Positions 1-12,877 of a DNA stretch of 48,700 nucleotides are shown here, piece by piece. A model generated the notes under the pieces. It searched no databases. It had not been told where the DNA came from and saw only the letters and a list, made by a program, of their open reading frames with translations. Where the stretch lies: contig MU619412.1 in the NCBI GenBank assembly GCA_025201805.1, positions 1-48,700 of the forward strand, given 5' to 3'. Source of the DNA: Parasitella parasitica NRRL 2501. Taxonomy: Eukaryota; Fungi; Mucoromycota. Positions within the stretch are counted from its first letter, which is position 1. Every line of letters starts with the position of its first letter. The position numbers and the translations under genes were made by a program.

Positions 1-340
1 ACACCCTTTGGCTACTATTGCTCCTGATCCCGACCCTGGATCATTGTGGTTCTATCCTCCCTCTCGCGGCTAACTGAGATGAAAGTTTGGTAGATTGCCT
101 TCTTTGTGCGGTGCCTCGGTGGTAAGTCCAATCAAAGTTCCCATCCGTTGGTTCATCCCTCAAGATCAATCGTACCACTACAAGTAGTCTTCTGCTCTTT
201 TACCACCATCTCAAACCTTTTCCCTCATCTTTCCGTCGTCTCTGTTGAGGTTTTCTTTCTTTAGTCTAGATAATTACTAGTTTTATGGCAAATGCTCATA
301 TCGAGTGCCCAATTATAAAACATTGTATATAAATAAAAAA
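1..340 (+). mobile_element. Probable degraded 3' end of a non-LTR (LINE-like) retrotransposon
   Basis: Frame 2 reads HPLATIAPDPDPGSLWFYPPSRG*, resembling the C-terminal P-x-P-D-P-G tail I recall from Mucorales LINE ORF2. A pyrimidine-rich stretch and an A-rich run (~329-340) follow, directly upstream of a LINE ORF1. Confidence 0.4.
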
Positions 341-590
341 CAATCTTAAACTGAGCTATACCCGCATCTCTTTCGTTTTTTCATCACTTTTTGCCACCCT
401 ATCCTGGTAGAAACACTTTCACTTCAACAAAAAACGTATTTTCTCGACAGTCAGTAACGCAATCAACTCGAAATTATACCAATATACTTGCCTTATATTA
501 GAGTATCTTTTGTTATAGTTTCAGCCTTGTCGAAAAACTGCTTCATTATTTTTTAAATTTTAAATTTATAAAAAATATATTCTACCAACC

Positions 591-1187
591 ATGACTGATA
601 ATCTACAAATTATGGACATGAATCAACTACATTTGCTACTGCAACAACTTCAACAACAACTTACTTCAGTTACTGAACGAGTTAATCAACATGATGGGAT
701 ACTGTCGCGTCTAGATATGTTGGAAAAAGAGAATACTGAACTGAAAAAACTTTTACAACAGAAGGATCTGGAAATTTCAAGCCTTAGATCACGTGACATC
801 AAAGGAGCTCAAAGCGAAGGGGGGGAAGTTGGTTCTTCAAAACGTCTCACCAAAACTGCTGCTGCTAATAATGGTTCTACTTCTGCCACTCCTGCTACCT
901 TTAGCCAGATTGCTACTGCTGCCGCCAAGCTTCCCGATCCTACTAGACAAGCTAAGAAACGTCTAGCTGCTGGCCGTACGTTCAGAACTACTGCTGCAAA
1001 GGGCCCTCAAGGTTACGAATACGTCTACATTGGTCGATCCCCCAAAATTCAACGATCTGAAATTCGATCTACGTTTAGAAGTGTTGGTGTGGATCTTGGT
1101 CGCATTCTGGATATCTGTTTCCCTGCCTCTGAGGTCATTGGTGTTCTTATGCATGTGCAATATGTTACTGATTTCAAGCCGGGATGA
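591..1187 (+). mobile_element. Truncated ORF1 (gag-like) of a Mucorales LINE-like retrotransposon
   Basis: N-terminal coiled coil, Ala/Thr-rich linker (TFSQIA), then GYEYVYI...IRSTFRSVGVDLGRILDICFPASEVIGVLMHVQY, typical of Mucorales non-LTR ORF1. Intronless; ends abruptly into AT-rich DNA with no ORF2. Confidence 0.7.
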
Positions 1188-1492
1188 AAAATATGTAAAG
1201 ACTAAATTAAGAATCCATTATTAATATTTTTAACTAGAAATTTATTCCTGGTAGATCCCACTATTGGATGCCTAACTTAAGTGCATGTAATATATATGTA
1301 TTCAAAAAACTTAATATATTTATTATGCTTGCAAGACTACTACTACTATTATTTATTGACATCTTGTCATCCGAATATTGCTATGAAATCAGTTTGTTTT
1401 TTACACAATATTTACAAACTTGCTACAGAAGAAACAGAACTGAGCACCAGGATAAAGGCTAAGGCAGTGTCAGTTCAAAGACGGGTAGCCCT

Positions 1493-1716
1493 TGTTGTAT
1501 AATCTTACATTGTATCCTGTCAAGTAGATTGTTACTGGGAATCAGTCTTGTTAATTAGTAATCTAAATAAGTCATCAAAAATTTATGTAATTGTGAAAAG
1601 TATAAATAGCAGATGCAAAGTTGAATCTATAATATGATAATCTCAAGTTTTCATATTTCGTTAATTTAACGTTTTGTTTTATACTTTTCTTATTTTCGAT
1701 TTCGCAGATCTCAAAA
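1493..1716 (+). repeat. LTR-like repeat family A, copy 1
   Basis: Starts TGTTGTATAA, has TATAAATAG, ends GCAGATCTCAAAA; aligns by eye along its length with 32779-33014 (shared AGCAGATGCAAAGTTGAATCT). Confidence 0.7.
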
Positions 1717-1803
1717 CCTACATCTTATAATAAATCTTATATTACAAGGTACCATCCCTTTAACAGCAATACAATTATAATGGCACATTGTTCCCTCTTT
1801 TAC

Positions 1804-2033
1804 TGCTGTGCCAGGTCTTGAAAATGAGCACAGCAGTGGATTGTATATGATCATATAAATGAGAAAGTAAAGACTTAATTTACCCTATAAAAATTATTGG
1901 TTTATTGATTGATAAGAAGTTGTCTATCTGTATAAAATATATTTACATGAATCAATTTATAATAAATACAATCAGATCCTGTTCGACGTTTAATTGTCAA
2001 ACTAGATTGATTACAACACAGTAGTAGTCAGAG
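1804..2033 (+). repeat. LTR-like repeat family B, copy 1, with PBS-like tail
   Basis: TGCTGTGCCAGGTCTT...TTACAACA (to 2018), then CAGTAGTAGTCAGAG; colinear with 47815-48048. Confidence 0.7.
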
Positions 2034-2574
2034 ACGGGCAGCCTCGCAGAGCAAGAGATGAACCTCGCGTAGCAAAGGCGCAAAAACCACCAGAGTGGGT
2101 AGGGTGACCAGCTCGTTATTAGATTAAAATATACAAAACCTAAAAATAATTTGACAAGCTGCTTATGTAGTACATATATTTCCTGACTTTCGCAATCGAC
2201 CTTCTCAATATGAAAGTAGCCACAAAAAAATTTAGCAATGAACAACATAAGCATGTCTTTTCCAATGTATAACTAAATAGATAATATTATTGTGCATGAT
2301 ACGGTGGTACATCTTGATTTTTCTCAAGATTAAATTCAGCAAAGGTTTTCAAAAAGCATTAGACGTTGTGTAATCCTTGGCAAGTTAATAAACGTAGCCG
2401 TATGGAATGCTATTTATTACTACTATTTATTTATCCATAGAAAAGAAGTTGTACAAAATATAAATACAGAGAAAAGGAACGCTAGGAAGAAATGGAGAAG
2501 AGGAAACAATATAAGCTGCTAATTGTTGAGGAATAATATTAGCTTAAGGCTAAGGGGTGTATATATTTTACGAT

Positions 2575-4076
2575 TTAGTCAAGTTCAATATCGATGGCAG
2601 CATCTCCTGGATTCTGAAAGACCTGAACACCCTCTAAATATTGGTCTCCATTCTTTCTAAAATCCCATTGATGTCCTTCTTCAGCATAACTCTTCCATTC
2701 CTAAAATATGCCAAGGTGTTCAATATAAGTTTAAAGTTTCACGAACTACAAAATAAAAGAACTTACTGAAAGACAAGATCCCCAGCTATAATCGAAGTTT
2801 GGTACATTATCAGGGCACATGCAATTACCAAAGATGCCATCATCTACACAGTGCGAAAAATCATCATGCTTATAACCAATGTCGTTGAAAAAGTGAACTT
2901 GACTCTTGTTTAAAAAGAGACCTGCTGCGAGGCTATGGACAATAGCATCACCCCATCTTTCATAAAAAAAATTACCCGTGTTATCCAGGTAATCAAAATA
3001 CTTTTGATACCGATCGTCTCTCCATAGATTCAAACTGGCAATTTCGAAATTAGACCAATAGTGACACAAATTGTAACCGCCAGAGGGACTACCAAAAAAT
3101 CTTAGTAATGTTGTGTTGAGTCCTTGTTGATGGGCAAACTTGAGCGTGTGTTCCCAAAGCGAAGGAATTGTCTCTGGGATCTCTTTAAGTGTAATAGTAA
3201 ATCCGTATTCTTTGCTGTTGTCTTTCAAAAATTTGAATGGGTCGTAATCGAGATCGCAAAAGAAACTGACGTCTGGTTCCACGCGCCTATTAAAAAGAGA
3301 GATAAAAACTAATTAACTTAGGGGAAAGTTTGTCAATCCAAGGTAATTACCAGTAATAGTCGTATTCTGCCAGAAGAGGATGACGGTAAAAGAAGCCCGA
3401 ATTGAAGCGACACATGTGTCGATAAGATAACGAACCGCCATACATGATATTACGAGCAGCATAGTCTGCAAGCTGAGAATTCATAACAGTTTCGTTAACA
3501 TGATCTGGTACAGACCACATGCTTGTTGGTACAAGCCCAAATTTAATTTCAGCATTTGTCATGACAGATACAGCATACTTGAATTCCTCGCTAAATGGTT
3601 CATCGTTCAAAAAGACATAGGGATAATTGTATTTGCGATTGAAGCGACTATGTTTAGCAGATGGTTTGAATATCAGATGAACTATATTTTTATCTCATGT
3701 CGATAACTTACTCTTCAAATTGTCGCAACGTTCTTCTCATTGCAGCCAATTCGCTATTTCTGACCAAGATGACAATGACCGCCTTTTCTTTCTTGTCATC
3801 AGAAGGCGATTTCTTGCAGGACGGCTTAATTTCTACAGTGGTATATTGGTCATCTAATTCATCAACACCTTGTTGATCATTCTCGGCAAGATCTTTGTAG
3901 GGCAATGATACTTGTTCTCCTCCATATTGGACAGATTCTCTGTTGGTTAAGTCAGCCTTTTCGTTAACGAGCGTACTGAAACAAGATTTGGATGGCCTCG
4001 ACACGACGTACAAAGAGCCAAAATACAATAAGCCTATTGATACTAAAGTAATGATGTAGGTAACTCCTCTTTTCAT
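2575..4076 (-). CDS. Glycosyltransferase family 15 alpha-1,2-mannosyltransferase (KRE2/KTR family), 4 exons
   Basis: Type II N-terminal TM (MKRGVTYIITLVSIGLLYFGSLYVV); motifs SYRHMCRFNSGFFYRHP, YYWRVEP, TIPSLW, YNLCHYWSNFEIA, GNFFYERWGDA. Introns ~3711-3648, 3350-3287, 2766-2701. Confidence 0.93.
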
Positions 4077-4837
4077 TATTGATTTTAGTGAAGAATAAGA
4101 AAGGAAAAGCAAACAAACACTCTTAAGGATTTTCCATTTTCCTTTTAAACCCATATTTTTGTGTAAAACACAAATTAGCCGAGAATCAACATCTCTTTTG
4201 GGTAAATCAATGGTCTTTTTATTTAAGAAATTCTTTTTTTTTTTAGGTAGATTTATCCATTCAAATTGAAACATTTTCCCTTTAGGTCGCCGAAAATGTT
4301 TCTGCTTGGCAATCGAAAATCGTAGATATAAACGTTAGCAGATATTGACCATTTTCAAGTTAAAATATATAGACAACCTTGGGAATTTCCAATCAATTAT
4401 TAAGTGCTGATAAACAAAGAGATGTTCTTTTTTTTTTGCCAATTGCACAAATTGGACATCTGTAGTTTAATTGAATAGATCATTGCTCAGTTTTATGTCA
4501 TGTTTCAGGCTGATTTTATGTCTATCATAATTTTTGATTTTTCACTGGTTTAGCGTCGAATAAAGAAATTCAAAATGAGCATAACATGGTGTCACGACTA
4601 GTAAATATCAGCTTTCCTTAACGGTTTTGATAAATTTACCATACACTGTTAGTAAAGTTTTTTGAAGTTCAACACGTGCATTCGAACAATGGAAACAAAC
4701 AAAGGATTGGCACAAGAGGGATCGTCAATTTTTCTCAATTTGGGAATAATATGTATTGCTGCAAAAATACAATATAAATAGATCCTAAGGCATTTCAATG
4801 CAAGATATAATCAAATACTGATAAAAATAATGAACAG

Positions 4838-5845
4838 TTATTTATTTCGAAGGTGATTGTAGATGTCTTTAATGCTTCTTTTACTATTCATTTTAGCTTT
4901 GACTGCCCTGATATTTTTTAATTCTTGAAACAATTTAATTGCTAATGCCTTCTCTTCTTTTGTCCATGGGCTTCTATCAACATCCGGGTCTAAAAAATTG
5001 TTGTATCGAGTCCTTAATTGGGATATCGATCTTTGACTATCCATTTCTTGTTTGATTTTGTGAAATTCATCAATGCCATACTTTTCTACTGCTTTTTTTA
5101 GCGCTTCATCTTCATCTTTGCTAAATTCACCTTCGTATTGAGATTAGCAAAAAAAACCAATAGATATATTCGAATACATACCTCTTTTCGTGGTTGTGAT
5201 TTCATAAGCCCATTTATTCCTGCATTGATCTTCGCTTCGGGTGTCTATCTTTTTAGAGATCAACTCCCAGTTTGTTCCATACTCTGACACCAGAGCTTTT
5301 AACTGTTCAGTTTCCTCTTCTGTCCAGCTGCCTCGTTTCAATGTCGGCTGTATTGAATTCTGCCAAAACTGTTTAATGCGTGCAGTGGTTCGCTGTTTAG
5401 GTAGATTTGCTCGTATGGTTTCCCAGTCAATCTTGTCGGGATCAGCTTTTGTACCAAGTTGCTGCTGTAAAATCTTTTTTTCTTCAAGCGTCCACCGTGT
5501 GGTATCATGAGTTACCGAGAAATAGTGAGAACGAATACAAAATGCAGTGCGACCGGGAAAATAATGGGTAAACACCTTCCATTTGTTGCCGTATTTCTTA
5601 ACTAGCTGCAGTAATCGTTCTGTATCATGATTTGACCAAGTCCTTCGTGTACTATAGATTTTGGAAGCGACCGTTATTGTCGTTGGTGTAGTTTGTTGTT
5701 TGGGTGTTTCTATCAATGACCTCCAGCTTGAATGCGTGGTTTCAAGTTGTGTGCTTGTTGAAAAGGTTTTTTTCGGGTGATGAATAACATTGCAAGTGAA
5801 AGGCAGATAATATTGACTGAGTCGTTTGAAAATCAAGCCTGTCAT
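4838..5845 (-). CDS. Myb/SANT-repeat protein (about 5 repeats), 2 exons
   Basis: Repeats begin WSNHD, WTLEE, WTEEE...RSEDQCRNKW, FSKDEDEAL...RTRYNNFLDP and WTKEE. Intron 5181-5131 (GTATGT...AAG) joins the two ORF-track pieces; ATG at 5845. Confidence 0.85.
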
Positions 5846-6819
5846 TCGAAAGGGTATAAATGAAAGGGAGGCTGTTTTACCACCAAAATTTTTCTTGCAA
5901 ACCATAAAATTTCTTCCGGACAATCTTTGATACCATTTACCGACTCCTTTGATTCCGGAATGGTTCTAGTGGTCTGCAAAGACGAAAGAAAGTCGGTGGA
6001 GTGTTGAAATCAGCAATCGGGTGATTGTGCTTGAAAGCTGGATTCAAAGATTCTTCTGCAACTACCGTATAACGACCACATCGTTGAATTGGCAACTTGT
6101 TGATGTTAAACCTACTTCTAACCCAACGACCAAAAAAGGAAAATACAATCTAGAAAAGTCCTCGAATTAACAGCAGTTCATTGTGACAACGTTGGAAGCA
6201 GTTGAAGATCGCTTCCGACACCATTATAACTTGAGGTACCCATTCTGCATAGCAATTACATTTAATAATGGTTATATTCAATACTGAATACAGAAAATTT
6301 TGAGACTCTTTCACTTGTATTTACAAATATTACCCCTTTAGATTTGTGCTGATAAACTGGTTCAAAAAAAAAAATCAAAGAGCTAACAGAGTTTAGATGT
6401 TTTAGACATTTGTCTTCTCCCTGAGGTTCCATGTATTGTGGATCATTTGCCCAATAATGCTTTGATAAGATATAGCCCTACTGTTACATTTCCAGGTATG
6501 CTTGCCATCTGTCAACTGTATATTTTCTTACTAGATAGTAAAAAACAACCAGCCAAAGCTAGTGCGCTTCACTCTCGACTTCATCATGCAACCCCAACAA
6601 GTTATCACAATTACTTTTTAAGAGCTTTTTTCTAAAGGCTGGTATTGACATGTGGACTTTTGCATGAGCGTGATAGTCTTTTTCGTCATGAAAGTAAACG
6701 CGGTATCGAAATCAAGCGCCATAAAATTGCTATAAATTCTCTTATTTTTTTTTTTTTTTTTCTTTTGACACTTCTCCTTTTCTTCTTTCTTCTTTCTTCG
6801 TTCTCCATTATTAACCAAG

Positions 6820-8987
6820 ATGATGAATTCTTTCCCCATCGAAGATAACTCACCTTCTACAAGCTTTCAAAAGCTATGTCAGAATATGCTGGATGGTAGC
6901 TCTCGGAATCTAACAAAAAAGAATGTGGAAGACTTTCGTGTAATACTTCATATGATTATGCACGAATGTTCCAAGGCAAATATAGAGGTAAGAAGGAGAA
7001 GGAATTGAAATGTGCAAATGCTCAATGGGCTAGACCAGACCGGAAAACACTGGGTGTTCGACCATTGTCAGTCTCCTGCTCATATCACTGTTCTCATGGA
7101 CTACATTTACACGCTTTCAAAATCTCGTTCAGGACAAGAAGAAAGAATACACATGCTATATCTAATCAATGATGTGGTATTTCACATGTAAGTTGACCAG
7201 TAAATCCATGTTGGGTCGTGCAATTCATTTATGTCTTACTATAGTGCAAGGAAACAATTAACTTGGATGATGGATGCCATTTTACCCCTGCTAACGCCTT
7301 TTTTGAAGCTAGTATACGATGCTGCTTCAACGCCAGACTGCAAATCAAAGGTTACTAAGGTAAGGACTAACCCTATTTGAGTTTCATCTTTTTTATTCAG
7401 TATTAGCTTTAGGTGATAAATTTCTGGTATACCAAGAGTATATTCAAATCAGATACTATTGACGCTATCAAAAGAGACGTTACAGGAGAATCATTCCAAC
7501 CGCAGACTTATCATCAAGCTCATTCACCCCCATCACTATTGCCTTTACAAGAAACAGGCTATATACAACTGCGTCTACAATCGCATTCATCTTTGCAACA
7601 ATCACACATGCTACAACAGCAGCCATCAAGGATACCACCAACACCTCTTACACAACAATGCGGTCCTCCAAGGCCATCACAAACGCCTATAATAGAAAAA
7701 CCATATTATGAAATGCCCGCAGGTCTGATGCTCCTTACAAAGGTTTGTTCAAGTAGTTTAATAAAACTTGAAGCAGGCTCCTTTGCATAAATTAACGACT
7801 AAAACATAGAGCTGTTCATACGAACCATTAGATCCTGCCTTGATAAAAATCCCTTATCCAAGACCACCTCCGTCGAAGGAATTAATAGCAGCCGTAGATG
7901 ACTTTTACTTGGGAATGGAGTTGGTCAATGCAGATGATGTGATTTTAAATGACAAAGCTGGCCAAAAAAACAAAGATACTCAAGGATGGGAACGAGGTTA
8001 TTTGGATGGATACATGGAGGCAATACAACAGCAAAAAAGAGATATGCTGGAACGCCAAAAGTTTATCATCACCTCAAAACAACACCCTGTTTCTTCTGTT
8101 GCGAATATGAGTAGAACTTACAACAGACATCGCAGCCGTGAGTATAGTAGTGGTAGTCGCAGTCGCAGTAGAAGTCATAGCCATACTCGTGGAAGAAGTT
8201 ATAGCTATAGTCGTAGCCGCAGCCGTGGCCGCAGCCATAGTCGCAGCCATAGTCGCAGCCATAGTCGCAGCCATAGTCGCAGCCATAGTCGCAGCCGTAG
8301 TTGCAGCCGTAGCCCAAACTATCGCCATAATTATCGCAATAGCTATTCTAGCAGAAGATCAAGAAGAAGTTACAGCAGGAGTCGAAGTAAATCACCTCCA
8401 CATCATTTTCGTGGAGGAGGACGTAAAGGTTCTCCACTTCGAGGAAGAAGCCCTCCTCGAGGCAGGAGCCCTAGCAGCAGAGGAAGAAGGCCTTCACCGA
8501 CGCCCCTTCGCTCTAAAAAAGGTTATAGTAATCGCTCCCTTGAATATCAAAGTCGTTCCAGTCGAAGCTCATCACCGCCACCATCATCGTTCCGTCAACC
8601 AACTCCTTCAGCATTACTGAATCTTAGTACATCATACTCTTCTAATAGTCCCAGCATCACGTATGGCCCATCAAGTCAATTTCAACAAAGTAGAGGAGGA
8701 GGAAGTGAAGAAAAATTCGAATTTGACAATAACATGCCACCTTTAGTACCGTCTGAAAACAGATATATGGGACTAGGCAGTAAAAACTCATCAACATTGG
8801 ATGAATTTGATAGCTTCAGAAAAAATAAGAGCCAAGCATTTAGTAAACGGGAATCACATCAACCCTTTACTTGTTACAGATGTAATAAGGTGAAGAATAG
8901 ACCATACACCCAAAACCAATTACATTACTAATCATATACTATACGATATAGGTTGGTCATTTAGCCAGAGAGTGCACGAGTCTTTGA
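6820..8987 (+). CDS. CHERP-like splicing factor: CID domain, conserved central domain, RS region, C-terminal CCHC zinc knuckle (multi-exon)
   Basis: Spliced reading gives CSKANIE-TGKHWVFDH...IHMLYLINDVVFH (CID); PYYEMPAGLM...YEPLDP...PPPSKELIAAVDDFY...GWERGYL (CHERP central motif); RS repeats; DEFDSFRKNKS; and CYRCNK|VGHLAREC after intron 8890-8951. Confidence 0.8.
8228..8300 (+). repeat. Coding 12-bp tandem repeat (AGTCGCAGCCAT; RSHS) within the RS domain
   Basis: About five near-perfect consecutive units directly visible. Confidence 0.9.
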
Positions 8988-9778
8988 GTTTAATTATTAA
9001 AATATTGGGGAGTTTCTTTAGTTGGATTAGTATAGCTCATGCCATCTCTTGTCGTTTTGTATACATTCCGATATCTTACCACTCCTTGTTTGCAGTATCC
9101 ATGACACACTTTATCGATTGAGTTGTCGTCCGTTAATTTTTATAGTATACCTTGCGAAAACCAAGCAATTTATGAAGATACCAATATCCATTGTGATAAA
9201 AGTCTCCATGATAATACGACACTAACATTGTGATAATGACAATAATGTATGAACACCAAACCCTAATATCTTTTTTTCGTCGCCATACAACAAATACTAC
9301 CGCCATGACGGCACTATAAAATGTGTTACTGAGTAAATATATGATATTTCGCTGATTCAAGTGCTCAGAAACACTAAATGATTTGCTGGAGCTCACTATT
9401 ATTATCTTGAGCGTTTCTACCAAAAAAGATGAACGGCTTCTGGTGCAACAAGGGGAAAAATCCAGCTTGCAGGTGGTGGAGACATTACTGGAAATTCTAT
9501 AAGGACCAACATTATTCGTGTTTTTTTTGTATATATGTTAGTTTTGATTGATGCAAAAAAGTTTATTAATGAAACTTGTGCATTTTAATAAGGAATTGAG
9601 ACAAATTTATAAGCTTAAGCCAGATTCGCCTTTAATTGGTCTAATAAAAGTGTCTCAAATCAACTTGTGCACCTTGCACAAAAGAATTGTATACAGATAT
9701 ATTTTGATGTCCACGCAACTAGACTTGTTTTTCTTTCACTTTCTTTTTCTCCTGTTCATTTCTCTTCTATATTTCAGC

Positions 9779-11300
<1,522 letters not shown>

Positions 11301-11718
11301 AAAGAGAAAAGGAAAGGGTAAAAAACAAAACATCAAATTTAAGCATTATACACATACAAGATAATAAAACAAGTTTCATTTTACCAATAACTCATACATA
11401 ATCTTTATAATTGCTAAATCGAAAGATACTGGCATGCCGCCACAAAAACATTGTGCCTGAGAATCATAAATTTTGCTTGACATTTCAAAAGAAATATGCA
11501 TATCGCCACATACCTTTAAAAGAAACAGGCAAAAGAATAACAAAAAACCTACAAAATAAAGAATCAAATCTTGTGGCTACACTGGTTATGTATTGATAGC
11601 CTTGAAAATTGTTATTCTTAGTAACACTTTTGGTCTTTTGGGCTTGGCAAGTTAAGGCTTTATTTGTTTACATATAAAAAACTTATTTTTATATACAATG
11701 GAGAAATCATTTTTTCGT

Positions 11719-11752
<34 letters not shown>

Positions 11753-11769
11753 CAATACATCAAAACATA

Positions 11770-12783
11770 ATGCTGGAACAAGATAGCTATGCCTGGCTAA
11801 CTTTTAGTCTCTTGTTTGGTTTACTATCACTTTTATTATTCGTTCAATCTATTCATCATTGTCATATTTTACCATTTGCTATTTATGCACTATTCGTCAT
11901 GCTAGGTCATTTTTACATTGCGATCACACCTTATTTTTCACAATCAAATATACCATGGAAGGATCAAGAACCCATCATTACCCAATTACCAGCTATTTCC
12001 ATACTTGCATTTGCAGGTATTGTTGATTGGCAAGTCGTTTACGTCAGATTCATCAATACAGCCTCTAAAAACTATAGAAGATGGGGCAGTTTGCATCCAG
12101 TCAACATGATCGACGAAAAATCAGATGAAGACTCAATGAGTGATGCATCTACTGTGATCTTACAACATTCAACGGAATACTATCACACCAATTACATCGA
12201 AGTTATCACCTCCAACGCACCTACACCATTTCTATTAAGCACATTGACGATTTGGATCTATATCTCGGTTATTATCATCTACGGAATAACTACATTGATT
12301 TTTGTAGTATGCAAAACCATGGTGACTGATGCTCAAATGTCAGCCCTGATCTCAGCCATCTGTACAACTGTTATGGCAAGCTTCACATTGTTTAACGCTG
12401 TTGCAGTTATGTACACTGGAAGTAAATGCCACTCAAAAGAAATTGCGTGGATAATGGGACAAAGTAGACAAGATGCCATCATTCTCTTTTTAATGCCTCT
12501 GTTATTTATGGTAGCCATGATAAGTGCAACCGTTATTTCTTGGGCCGCTTATAAACAAACCGCCAATCCTACAGAAAAGCCATTTGCCAACATAATTAAC
12601 ATTGGCGATCAAGATGTCACAACCTGGATCATTCTCAAGTCATTTATTGTGTATTTACCCCTGATCATTTTACTTGTTTGCTGCACACTCAAGCGTAAAA
12701 AGTCAAAGTTAGCAGTGGATGAGCAGCAAAAAGTTGCCGCAAATCAATCATCATCGTTAATAAATAAACCATATGTAAAATAG
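11770..12783 (+). CDS. Uncharacterised polytopic membrane protein (~7 TM helices)
   Basis: Intronless 337-aa ORF from MLEQDSY with seven hydrophobic segments by eye and a basic C-terminal stop-transfer (CCTLKRKKSK). Upstream in-frame ATG crosses a poly-T tract and is probably UTR. Confidence 0.7.
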   Translation: MLEQDSYAWLTFSLLFGLLSLLLFVQSIHHCHILPFAIYALFVMLGHFYIAITPYFSQSNIPWKDQEPIITQLPAISILAFAGIVDWQVVYVRFINTASKNYRRWGSLHPVNMIDEKSDEDSMSDASTVILQHSTEYYHTNYIEVITSNAPTPFLLSTLTIWIYISVIIIYGITTLIFVVCKTMVTDAQMSALISAICTTVMASFTLFNAVAVMYTGSKCHSKEIAWIMGQSRQDAIILFLMPLLFMVAMISATVISWAAYKQTANPTEKPFANIINIGDQDVTTWIILKSFIVYLPLIILLVCCTLKRKKSKLAVDEQQKVAANQSSSLINKPYVK

Positions 12784-12877
12784 AATATACACTGAATACT
12801 TGTGTCCCAAGATCGTATACTGAAGAGAAAACGTGAGTTTTAATAATTTTTCATCATTCTCTTTTTTTCTTTTGACC

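Noticed and set aside
4077-4274. Upstream in-frame extension of the mannosyltransferase
   Set aside because: Type II topology fits a start at MKRGV (4076); the extension crosses A-tracts typical of UTR.
8069-8620. ORFs with GCDY, AATM and AAIV periodic repeats
   Set aside because: Alternative-frame and antisense readings of the RSHS 12-bp coding repeat.
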